DNA of 35,019 nucleotides from Methylocystis sp. (GTDB lineage Bacteria; Pseudomonadota; Alphaproteobacteria; Rhizobiales; Beijerinckiaceae), in assembly GCA_049591215.1 (NCBI GenBank), contig JBAWEN010000229.1, positions 1 through 35,019 of the forward strand. The letters run 5' to 3'. Positions 9,837-18,183 of the stretch are shown piece after piece. Numbering within the stretch: position 1 is the first letter of the stretch; each line of letters begins with the position of its first letter. The notes under the pieces are model-generated. The model saw nothing but the letters and a program-made list of their open reading frames with translations. It searched no databases and was not told the origin of the DNA. A program made the position numbers and the translations under genes.

Positions 9837-10709
9837 TCAAAACGGCGCGCCGTCGAGCGTTCCCATGCGGCCTTCCACATAGTCCGAATAGGCCTGTTCG
9901 ACCGCCTCGGTCGAATTGAACACGTAGGGGCCGCGAAACACCAGCGGGCGAGGCGCGCGCTCGCCGCCGAGCAGCAGCACATCCGCGGGCGTCGCGCCGG
10001 GATTCTCCAACGTCACCGAGCGCGCCGGACGCAGCAGCGCCAACTCCGCGCGTGACGCCTCCTCGCCGCCGATAGAGGCCGCGCCCGCCAGTACATAGAC
10101 CGCCATTTCGTGCGACGGCTCCAGCGGCAGCATCACGGAGGCGCCGGGCGCCAGCGCAATGTGGATAAGCTGGGCCGGCCCTTGCAGCCGGATCGGGCCC
10201 GGCTCCCCGAAATAGAGCGCCAATTCCCCGCTGAGCAGCTTTATATGCGCGCCGGGCAGGGCGATTTGCGGCACGTTGTCCGCCGCGACCGAACCATAAC
10301 GCGGCGGCTGATCGTCGAAGGCGGCGGGTTGGCGCGTCCACAACTGCACGGTGTTCATCAGCCCATCGGCGCCGCCGCGCAATATTTCCGCGTGAAGCAT
10401 GCCGCGTCCCGAACTGATCCATTGCGCGCCGCCGGCCGCGATCGTGCCCGCGTTGCCGAAGGAATCGCGGTGATCGTTCTCGCCGGACAGCAGATAGGAA
10501 ATCACCTCTATCCCGGCGTGGGGATGCGCCGGCACGCCTTCGGGCGGCGGCTTGTCCGGACCGAACTGATCCAGAAACACGAAAGGTCCAACCGCCTCGA
10601 GCGCGGGTGTCGGCAGAGAGCGCAGCACCGCCACGCCGGCGCCGACGCTCGCTCGCGAGGGCGCGATCTTGAGCGCGATGGTCTTGTCCGCGACGTCGGT
10701 TGTTGTCAT
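9837..10709 (-). CDS. Pirin family bicupin protein
   Basis: GPFVFLD, HPHAGIE, HRDSFGN, GRGMLHAE metal-binding motifs and C-terminal GPYVFNS. GGAG precedes the ATG at 10709. Confidence 0.92.
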   Translation of the reverse strand: MTTTDVADKTIALKIAPSRASVGAGVAVLRSLPTPALEAVGPFVFLDQFGPDKPPPEGVPAHPHAGIEVISYLLSGENDHRDSFGNAGTIAAGGAQWISSGRGMLHAEILRGGADGLMNTVQLWTRQPAAFDDQPPRYGSVAADNVPQIALPGAHIKLLSGELALYFGEPGPIRLQGPAQLIHIALAPGASVMLPLEPSHEMAVYVLAGAASIGGEEASRAELALLRPARSVTLENPGATPADVLLLGGERAPRPLVFRGPYVFNSTEAVEQAYSDYVEGRMGTLDGAPF

Positions 10710-10809
10710 GATTCGTCTCCACCAGTCGTCGCGAGAAACATAGGGCGCGCCGCGCGGCGGCGCCACCTGACCCGCGGCGCTTGCTTGACGCTTCATCCGA
10801 GTTGGGGCT

Positions 10810-11367
10810 TTACGGCGTCGCGGTCGCGGCTTCCCGGCCCGCCGCCAGTTTATCGTTCACGATATGCGAGCGGAAATCCTTTTTCCACAGCGTCGACCAG
10901 TCGATGCGCGAGGCGATGTCGCAGCCCGCGGGCTCGCTGATCACAACCATCATGCTGTCGAGTTCGTATGACGAGAGGCCCAATAATTCGAGGGCGCGCT
11001 GTTTGAGGTGCTCGATGAACATGCTTCGGCTGTCTTCCCGTTGCGTGATCAGCCCGAGGTAGGCGAAGAAACGAGCATCGCCGGCGCCGCCAACATGATC
11101 GAAAAGCGTTTTCGCTTGGAAATTGCGGGAAGTGGGAGCGACTTGAATCGGACGGCCGCAAGATGGCGTGTCGAAAGCCATAGGGTTGAGGAGTTCGCCG
11201 TCGATGTCGATGGTTCGCTTGAAAGAAAAACCGCGGCTGGCCATGAAATTCATGACCGCCTCGTCGATATGCACGTTCTCCCCGACGTCGTTTTGCGAAG
11301 TCGCCTTTATCGCGGCCGAGCACAGCAGCAACGCCAGCAAGATTCCCCGGATAAGCCAGTTATTCAT
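10810..11367 (-). CDS. Hypothetical exported or membrane-anchored protein coupled to the exosortase gene
   Basis: N-terminal hydrophobic signal/anchor (WLIRGILLALLLCSAA) followed by a soluble domain with two Cys. Start overlaps the 3' end of the exosortase gene by 8 bp. Confidence 0.8.
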   Translation of the reverse strand: MNNWLIRGILLALLLCSAAIKATSQNDVGENVHIDEAVMNFMASRGFSFKRTIDIDGELLNPMAFDTPSCGRPIQVAPTSRNFQAKTLFDHVGGAGDARFFAYLGLITQREDSRSMFIEHLKQRALELLGLSSYELDSMMVVISEPAGCDIASRIDWSTLWKKDFRSHIVNDKLAAGREAATATP

Positions 11368-12220
11368 GCTTCGCGCCGTCGATTGAAGCCCCCCACGCGC
11401 AGATCGCCGCGATAACGAACGATGCGGTCACGGCGAATATCTGGGCGCCGGCGCCATCGTGCCAATAGGCGAAGCTCTCGCGGCCGAGCGAAATCGCATA
11501 AAGACGCGCCGCGTTGAGCGCGATCATCGCGAGACAGGCCGCGGCGCCGAATTTGAAATCCGACTTGATGAATGTCGGCCGGTGCAGTTTCGTCAAGGAA
11601 ATCCAGCAAAGCGCCGCGAGCGAGATATTGTGGAACGAAGAACAGTCGTTGTAAATTCCGACCGTGAAACCTTCGGTCGAAATAACGTTTTCATGCCAGT
11701 CGAAACCACCTCGCGTCAGTTTGAGGGCGACGCCGACAAGCGCGGCGTCGGCGCGCAGAAGATAGACGGTGAACAGACTAAATAAGGTTGGGCCCCAAAG
11801 GGATTGCACGGACAGAGCCCCGAGGACCGCGGCTCCCGCGCGGCCGTTCGATCCTTTTTCATTCCCCGCGTGGATATAGAGAGCCGCGAGGGTCGCCGCG
11901 ATCCAGGTCGCCTTGCCGCTCGGCAGAAGATTAATCGCGCCGGCGACGCCCGCCACCCAAAAGTCTCGGCTCAACGCGGGGGTGGACGATGTTTGGAGAT
12001 AAAGCAATCGTAGAACCGCGAGCCAGCCAAGTATCTGAAATGCGCCGATACTCTCGAGACTGAGGGCGGTCGTGCCCCCATGTGTCATGCTTTGGGCGAA
12101 GGCCGAGGCGCAGAGAATCGACGCTAGCCAGATGAAAAGTTCTCGCCGCGAAAATTGGGCGCCGGCGCCGGCGATCAAGCCCATTCGGGTTGCATCTTCG
12201 AGCATACGCATTGATCTCAT
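11360..12220 (-). CDS. Exosortase/archaeosortase family membrane transpeptidase
   Basis: Multi-pass hydrophobic protein with the Cys-Arg-His triad in family order and context: VGIYNDCSSF (compare VAEACSGL), ALNAARL (NxxR) and YWHDGAG. Exact start uncertain. Confidence 0.85.
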   Translation of the reverse strand: MRSMRMLEDATRMGLIAGAGAQFSRRELFIWLASILCASAFAQSMTHGGTTALSLESIGAFQILGWLAVLRLLYLQTSSTPALSRDFWVAGVAGAINLLPSGKATWIAATLAALYIHAGNEKGSNGRAGAAVLGALSVQSLWGPTLFSLFTVYLLRADAALVGVALKLTRGGFDWHENVISTEGFTVGIYNDCSSFHNISLAALCWISLTKLHRPTFIKSDFKFGAAACLAMIALNAARLYAISLGRESFAYWHDGAGAQIFAVTASFVIAAICAWGASIDGAKHE

Positions 12221-12445
12221 GGGCGATTGGCGATATCGCCACCCAATGCACGAAAGAAATCTCCGCGCAATTAAGAGGGGCGAAGAACCGCCAGTTTTCT
12301 TAAAATTTTCCTGGATGTTTTGATTTCGTCGCGGTGCGGCCTTTGGTTCCGCGATTTCACGTCGCGACCGATCGGACGCGTAACAGGCGCCCGATCTCTG
12401 GCAAAAGTCCCACTCGTCACACCTCGCGGAAGGTTTCTCGACCGC

Positions 12446-12613
12446 TCACTTTTTCTTGAAGAAACGGGCTCCGAGCAACGCACCCCCGACCGCGACCGCG
12501 GCGGGAATACCCAGGCCCAAAAGCGGCGCTGGACCCCTACAGGCGGCGCAGGGCTCCGCCCATGCCGCCGTCGCCACGATGACGAAACAAACCGTTCCAA
12601 GAACAGTGCGCAT
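12446..12613 (-). CDS. Small sorting-signal peptide precursor, copy 1 (55 aa)
   Basis: MRTVLGTVCFVIVATAAWA|EPCAACRG|PAPLLGLGIPAAVAVGGALLGARFFKKK. GGAGAG RBS before the ATG at 12613; paralog immediately upstream. Confidence 0.85.
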   Translation of the reverse strand: MRTVLGTVCFVIVATAAWAEPCAACRGPAPLLGLGIPAAVAVGGALLGARFFKKK

Positions 12614-12842
12614 ATCCGACTCTCCATCACGACGCTCGTGCTGACCTCCAGCATGTATACAATCAACCCAGAAAAGCAAACGCCTTGCTAGCGCAGACTT
12701 GGCAATAGATCAGCTTGCGCTTTGAATTGGTGCGACCGAGTAACGATTGCGCGCCGCGCAAGCGGCGCCGTCGCCGTATTGCAAAGCAATACATTTAAAC
12801 AACTCGCCGCCGCCAATCGGACGCGCGCCCGAACTCGAACGC

Positions 12843-13013
12843 TCACTTTCTCTTTAGGAAGCGCGCACCAAACAACGCGCCGCCGACGGCGACCCCGGCG
12901 GGAATTCCCAGGCCCAACAGCGGCGCGGGGCCTCTACAGACAATGCACGCCGGCGCCGCCCATGCCGCCGTCGCCATGAGGAAGAAAGAAACCGCCCCAA
13001 GAATCACACGCAT
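12843..13013 (-). CDS. Small sorting-signal peptide precursor, copy 2 (56 aa, not in the ORF track)
   Basis: Hand translation MRVILGAVSFFLMATAAWA|APACIVCRG|PAPLLGLGIPAGVAVGGALFGARFLKRK*. GGAGAG RBS at the same spacing as copy 1; differs from copy 1 by an in-frame one-codon indel. Confidence 0.85.
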   Translation of the reverse strand: MRVILGAVSFFLMATAAWAAPACIVCRGPAPLLGLGIPAGVAVGGALFGARFLKRK

Positions 13014-13401
13014 ATTGAACTCTCCTTCACCGCGCTCGCGCCGCGCTTTAGCTCGTCTACAATCGAGCCTTAAACGTAAACATCGCGCCGCGACGAACCC
13101 GCTTGCGCCGGCAATTTGTGGAACTAGGTTAATTCCATTGCAGTTACGCGCGGATTGAACATCAGCTTTTGTCGCGTTTTGTTACAAAGTAATTCATTGA
13201 AACAAGTCATCGTCGGCGATCCAGTCAATGGCTTGATCAAGATGCGCCGTCGGCGCGTGCTTGCCGCGCGCAATTCCGTCGATCGGACAGACCATCCGGC
13301 GGCCGACCGGCGCGAAACGCTTCGCCATTGGCGTCGCTGAAGCGCGCGACGCTTGGCGGGGGGCCCTTGCGTCGCGGCTTCGCGTGGCCGAGTTGGCGGC
13401 G

Positions 13402-13755
13402 CTAGAAACAGTGATTGGCCTTGAGCTCGATCACCCAAGCGGGGCAACCATCATGCTGATGTTTGAGGCAATTGTTGTAATTGTTTTCGATCGCGGCGCA
13501 GAGCGCGACCCTGGGATCGGCGACCGGAGGCGGCGCGCCCCCGCCGCGCTCTCCTTGGTATCCTCCCCGTTCGCGTTCCTCGTACCCTTCATGCCGCATG
13601 TGCCGCAGACGCTCGCAGGCGCCGTCGTCGCCGCTTTCGCAATCCCTGCGTAATTCGTGCATGTATTCACGCCGCTCGCCCTCGTCCTGCGCGCGCGCGA
13701 GCGGAGCGGAGATCGCGAGAGCTAGTCCGGCGATGAGCAATAGCTTCGTTTTCAT
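13402..13755 (-). CDS. Small secreted cysteine-rich hypothetical protein
   Basis: Signal peptide MKTKLLLIAGLALAISAPLARA|Q; six Cys in two helical-looking segments separated by a Gly/Pro linker. Confidence 0.8.
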   Translation of the reverse strand: MKTKLLLIAGLALAISAPLARAQDEGERREYMHELRRDCESGDDGACERLRHMRHEGYEERERGGYQGERGGGAPPPVADPRVALCAAIENNYNNCLKHQHDGCPAWVIELKANHCF

Positions 13756-14040
13756 GGCTTCGTTTCCCGAAGTTGGATGAGGCGAGGGCCGCCGACGACC
13801 GGCGCGGAGCGGTGCTTAGTATCCCGATTGTACGTTAAGCGATAGCGCGCGGCCAAATCGTCAACCCTGGCCGGCGCGGCGACCCTGACCTCGCGGCGCC
13901 CCTCGACCCGCGAGGTGTTCGTCCGTCGCAATCGCCAGCGCGAAAATTCGCGCCTCGCCCACGGCGCCAGCGGGATCGGCGAGCGTGCGCGGCGTCGCAT
14001 ATTCGGTTTATAATGCGGCGCAAACATAGGAGGCGCGCCG

Positions 14041-14811
14041 GTGGGCGATTGGAATTCAGAACTTTATATGAAATTCGAGAGTGAAAGGACGCGGGCCGCG
14101 CGCGATCTTCTCGCCCAAATTTCCGACATTAAGCCAAAAACCGTGTTCGATCTTGGCTCCGGCCCCGGCAACAGCACGCAACTTCTGGTGGAAGCTTTTC
14201 CGGACGCGAAAATCGTCGGCATCGACGATTCGCCAAACATGCTGGAGGTCGCGCGCGCGCGTGTTCCGGGCGCCCGATTCGTCAAGGAAGACATCGAGCG
14301 CTGGCGCCCGAGCGAACCGGCCGACCTCATCTTCGCCAATGCGACGCTGCATTTCGCGCTGGATCATTATGGGCTGATCACGCGTCTCGCGGGCTACCTC
14401 GCCGAGGGCGGCTGTCTCGCCGCGCAGATGCCCAACAATATGCAGGAGGTCTCGCACGCGCTGATGCGGATGATCGCGGCGGACGGCCCCTGGTCAGACC
14501 GGCTGGTGCCGATCGCCAAAACTAGAGCCGTGATCGGGCCGCTCGACGAATATTACCGGCTGCTGCGGCCGCTCTGCTCGCGGCTGGACATTTGGCAGAC
14601 CACCTATATCCACACGATCGACGGCGTGGACCGTATCGTCGAATGGTTCGAGGGATCGGAGCTGCGACCGTTCCTGAAGCCGCTGTCCGACGAAGAGCGC
14701 GAGGCGTTTCTCGCGCGCTATCGCGAGGGGCTCACGCAATCTTACGCGCCGCAGCCCGATGGAACCGTTCTGCTGCCCTATCCGCGGCTGTTCATGGTCG
14801 CGAAAAAATAA
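14041..14811 (+). CDS. tam: Trans-aconitate 2-methyltransferase
   Basis: W...Y.KFESERTRAARDLL, SAM motif DLGSGPGNST, LAAQMPNN, IWQTTYIH, LRPFL, PRLFMVA. AGGAGG RBS before the GTG. Confidence 0.9.
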   Translation: MGDWNSELYMKFESERTRAARDLLAQISDIKPKTVFDLGSGPGNSTQLLVEAFPDAKIVGIDDSPNMLEVARARVPGARFVKEDIERWRPSEPADLIFANATLHFALDHYGLITRLAGYLAEGGCLAAQMPNNMQEVSHALMRMIAADGPWSDRLVPIAKTRAVIGPLDEYYRLLRPLCSRLDIWQTTYIHTIDGVDRIVEWFEGSELRPFLKPLSDEEREAFLARYREGLTQSYAPQPDGTVLLPYPRLFMVAKK

Positions 14812-14820
14812 AAGGCCGAT

Positions 14821-15168
14821 ATGACCGTCACCATTTATCACAACCCCGCCTGCGGAACCTCCCGCAACACACTGGCGATGATCCGCCAGAGCGGCGCCGA
14901 GCCGGTCGTCGTCGAATATTTGAAAAACCCGCCGACGCGGGCGAGGCTGGTCGAGCTGCTGTGCAAAATGGCAATTTCCGCGCGCGATCTGCTGCGGCAG
15001 AGGGGGACGCCGTACGCCGAACTCAACCTCGCCGATCCCCAATGGAGCGAGGACGAACTGATCGGCTTCATGCTGGAGCACCCCATTCTGATCGAGCGGC
15101 CGGTCGTCGAGACGCCCAAGGGCGCGCGGCTCTGCCGGCCGGCGGAGAAGGTGCTGGAGATTCTTTAG
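14821..15168 (+). CDS. arsC: Arsenate reductase (glutaredoxin-type ArsC family)
   Basis: IYHNPACGTSRNTL, EYLKNPP, HPILIERPVV, RLCRPAE. Confidence 0.93.
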   Translation: MTVTIYHNPACGTSRNTLAMIRQSGAEPVVVEYLKNPPTRARLVELLCKMAISARDLLRQRGTPYAELNLADPQWSEDELIGFMLEHPILIERPVVETPKGARLCRPAEKVLEIL

Positions 15169-15545
15169 GGGCGCGCGTCGAACGCAGGCGCTGATCGTCG
15201 CGATGCGGACGGATAGGCGGCGCCGGCGCCGGCGCGGACGTCGCGGTGAGCGCGGGCGGCGATGATTGCGTCGTCGTCGCCGGCCTCGACAAGCAAATAG
15301 TCATGTTCGAACGCGAAGATATTTGAGTGAGGCAAATGCGAGGCCGATTTCAAAGGGAACAGCGTGCGCTCGCTCCTTTCTCCCGGGAGCGAAAACATTG
15401 ACGATATAAGCTTAATTCAAAGGCAAAAATTATAGTTAACATTTGGTTGAGGCGAGCCCGGCCTGTCGAACCGCCCGCGCCTTCACATCAAAGCTTCGCG
15501 GGCCGCCTTTGCAAGCGGAACCCGCGCGAAACGAAAAATCCAGCG

Positions 15546-15924
<379 letters not shown>

Positions 15925-16085
15925 CGGCTAGAGGCGTAAGCGCGCGAGGCCGGAAGGTCAAGCGCCGCGTCCTCGCCCGCGCGGCCCAGTTTTCGCGGCA
16001 AAATGTCGTCGCTCAGGGTCAAGCCCATTGTCACGCACCCGCAAAGCACTAGATTGGATGAGCGTAAAACACTGGGAGGGAAAAC

Positions 16086-16439
16086 ATGATTACTCGTATT
16101 TTGCGCCTGGCCCCGTCGCTCGCTCTCGCCCTCACGCTTATGGCGGCGCCGGCGCTTGCTCAAACCGACCATCTGGCGCTGGCCATCAGCGAGACGCAAA
16201 AGGCCATCCACTATGGCGCCGAAGTCGCTCACTCATCGTCTTTCGTGCAGCACACCGACAACGCCATCGACCACGCCATGATGGCGCAAAAGGCCAAACC
16301 CAACAAACATATCAAAGCCGCGATCGCCGATCTGCGCAGAGGCAAAAGGATCGCCGACGGCACACATTGGGCGAGCATCCTGCGCAGGGGCGCGAAGCAA
16401 ACGCAAAAAGCTTTGAAGGAACTCCAGGCGGCGCAGTAA
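16086..16439 (+). CDS. Small periplasmic metal-binding protein, SmbP-like
   Basis: Signal peptide ending ALA|Q, then a helical heptad pattern with His (DHLALAISETQKAIHYG...QHTDNAIDHA...NKHIKAAI). GGGAGG RBS. Confidence 0.7.
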   Translation: MITRILRLAPSLALALTLMAAPALAQTDHLALAISETQKAIHYGAEVAHSSSFVQHTDNAIDHAMMAQKAKPNKHIKAAIADLRRGKRIADGTHWASILRRGAKQTQKALKELQAAQ

Positions 16440-16457
16440 TCGCCGAGGCGAATTACG

Positions 16458-16505
16458 AACGATTGGCGGTAAAACCTCCCCGGTTTCGCCGCCGATCGTT
16501 TTCTT
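16458..16505 (+). terminator. Probable intrinsic terminator after the SmbP-like gene
   Basis: AACGATTGGCGG...CCGCCGATCGTT stem (one G-U pair) followed by TTCTT. Confidence 0.55.
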
Positions 16506-16761
16506 GGCTCCGCGACGTCTTCACCTTCCTCGAACGCCCGGGTCTTTCCGTTTCTGATTGAAACGGAAAGACCCGAGGGCGCTTTGGAAGCCGCGCGCTC
16601 CGCACCTCAAATCCCCATCGATTCCGCGACGGACGGCGCCCGTTCAGGGCATTTCGCCGCGCGACAATTTGCGTAGAATTATGCGACGCGAGCGGGAGAT
16701 ATAGTTTTACCGAATTCAGTGAAGCCGGCGCGGGAGCGCGGCCGCGAAAAGGGGAGGGGGC

Positions 16762-17256
16762 ATGGTGTGTCCAAATAAATGCGCCAGCGTCGACGTTAAG
16801 CGCGACGCCAAGCCCCATACCAAGCCCCACACCATGCCGCATCGGCGCGGCGTGCTCGGTTTCCTGGCGCTCGCGGCCTCGATGCTGGGCTTTTCCGGCC
16901 TTGCTCGCGCGGTCGAAAAGCTGGGCATGGTCGACGTGGACTATCAACATTCGCTGAAGGGCAAGCAACGCTGCGATAATTGCCGCGTCTGGGATCCGCC
17001 GAACCATTGTCTTTCGGTCGATGGCGAGATCAGCCCGTCCGGCTGGTGTCTGATCTGGCGACCCCAATACAAGTCGCAATACGCCAAGGTCGACGCCGAC
17101 GGCAAGCTGACGCAAGGCGACGTGGCCTATCAGGGCAAGCCCAAGGGCAATCAGCGCTGCGACAATTGCCGCGTCTTCGTCGCGCCCAACGGCTGCAATT
17201 CCGTGCAGGGCAATGTCAGTCCGGCGGGGTGGTGCAACATTTGGCGCAAGGCGTAA
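16762..17256 (+). CDS. Tat-exported protein with two tandem HiPIP (high-potential iron-sulfur) domains
   Basis: Twin-arginine signal HRRGVLGFLALAA...ARA, then two copies of YQ-x7-RCDNC-x8-C-x2-V-x-G-x2-SP-x-GWC-x2-W. Start at 16762 (GGGGAGG RBS) or 16834. Confidence 0.88.
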   Translation: MVCPNKCASVDVKRDAKPHTKPHTMPHRRGVLGFLALAASMLGFSGLARAVEKLGMVDVDYQHSLKGKQRCDNCRVWDPPNHCLSVDGEISPSGWCLIWRPQYKSQYAKVDADGKLTQGDVAYQGKPKGNQRCDNCRVFVAPNGCNSVQGNVSPAGWCNIWRKA

Positions 17257-17259
17257 CCT

Positions 17260-17682
17260 TCACATGAGCGCCCTTGCGAGCGCCGCGGGCTCGTCGGAGC
17301 CGATTCGCAACGTGCTTCCATTGTTCAACGCGAGTTCGACCGCGTCGAGCCCGCCGACATTATAGAGCCAGCCGCGCGGCGTGAGATGGATGCCCCAGCC
17401 ATACCACCAAGGGTTGCGCGCCGGCGTCGCGCCCATTATCGCCTCGCGCTCGATGCTTTTGCGCAACAGGCCCGGGCCGAAGAACCAACTCAGCCGCGTC
17501 GGCGTGACCTCGACCGTCAGCGAGGAGAACGCCCAGCCGGTCGCGGCGAGAAACGCCGCGAGGGGGACGAAAGGGACCGCCCGCCGCACAACGAAACCGA
17601 CGGCCAGAAGCCCGAACGCGGGCAAAACCAACCCCCAGCGCAACGCCGCGCCGGTCTGTGTGTGATGATAAAAGGCCGTCAT
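17260..17682 (-). CDS. Conserved-looking hypothetical membrane protein
   Basis: Two TM segments followed by FSSLTVEV, NPWWYGWGIH, WLYNVGGLDAVEL and IGSDEP. GGAGGTG RBS. Confidence 0.8.
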   Translation of the reverse strand: MTAFYHHTQTGAALRWGLVLPAFGLLAVGFVVRRAVPFVPLAAFLAATGWAFSSLTVEVTPTRLSWFFGPGLLRKSIEREAIMGATPARNPWWYGWGIHLTPRGWLYNVGGLDAVELALNNGSTLRIGSDEPAALARALM

Positions 17683-17854
17683 CCACTCACCTCCCGCATC
17701 GACCCGCGCGCGCGCCGGGCCGTATGACACACGAAATTGAAGCGAAAGGTCAATGGCGTCTGGCGGCCTCGCGGAATGACGCCACAAGCATATTGCGGAG
17801 CAGCGCGAGCCGCCTTATGGGTATCGCGCGAGCCGGGGCGACCCCGGCGAAGCT

Positions 17855-17929
17855 TGGGGCGTCGCCAAGTGGTAAGGCAGCGGATTTTGATTCCGCCATA
17901 CGGAGGTTCGAATCCTCCCGCCCCAGCCA
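17855..17929 (+). tRNA. tRNA-Gln (TTG)
   Basis: Acceptor stem TGGGGCG/CGCCCCA, anticodon arm GCGGA-TT TTG AT-TCCGC, T-loop GTTCGAATC, encoded CCA. Confidence 0.97.
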
Positions 17930-18183
17930 GCCATTCCGGGCTTGCGGAGGTTTTCTCCTGTTTTGGAGGAACGGACGCAAAATCGGTGGGCTGCGTCGCC
18001 CAGGGCTGTCTCCGCGCCGCCTTCCCCGGCCCCGGTTTTTGACCGCCAATTTTCCAATCCTCCGAATTTTTGCCGCGACAGAGCTAAGACTAGTTCAATT
18101 CGCGAAAGCGATCCTGAGACGAGCTTCGACCGATCCGATTTTGGGGGGATAAAAAGGGCGTTGGTGGTCCCGTGTTGTTGGCG

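Larger units (their letters stand above)
12443..13210. repeat. Diverged tandem duplication of a ~400-bp unit (peptide gene plus about 200 bp of upstream DNA)
   Basis: Start codons are exactly 400 bp apart (12613/13013). RBS, a TACAATC motif and an AT-rich block (12778-12805 vs 13181-13208, 22/28 identical) are conserved. Confidence 0.85.

Noticed and set aside
3028..9982. Long antisense ORFs opposite rpoN (3028-4386) and fumC (8447-9982), and similar ones opposite the kdp and hyp genes
   Set aside because: Expected shadow ORFs from high-GC codon bias on the strand opposite well-supported genes.
12446..12679. 77-aa long form of precursor copy 1 from the ORF track
   Set aside because: The RBS and the alignment with copy 2 both place the start at 12613.
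12446..13013. Peptides as methanobactin (MbnA) precursors or heme c peptides
   Set aside because: They have Sec-type signals and TM tails rather than an MbnA leader, no mbnBC genes are adjacent, and there is no His after CxxC.
15165..15398. 77-aa minus-strand ORF between arsC and rnpB
   Set aside because: No recognisable motif or clear RBS and a low-complexity C-terminus; cannot be supported as a gene.
16808..16833. 12-bp tandem repeat CCAAGCCCCA(T/C)A encoding KPHT-KPHT
   Set aside because: Only two in-frame copies ahead of the Tat motif; most likely a neutral slippage duplication.
17737..18152. ORFs spanning the tRNA region
   Set aside because: They overlap tRNA-Gln and have no protein-like features.
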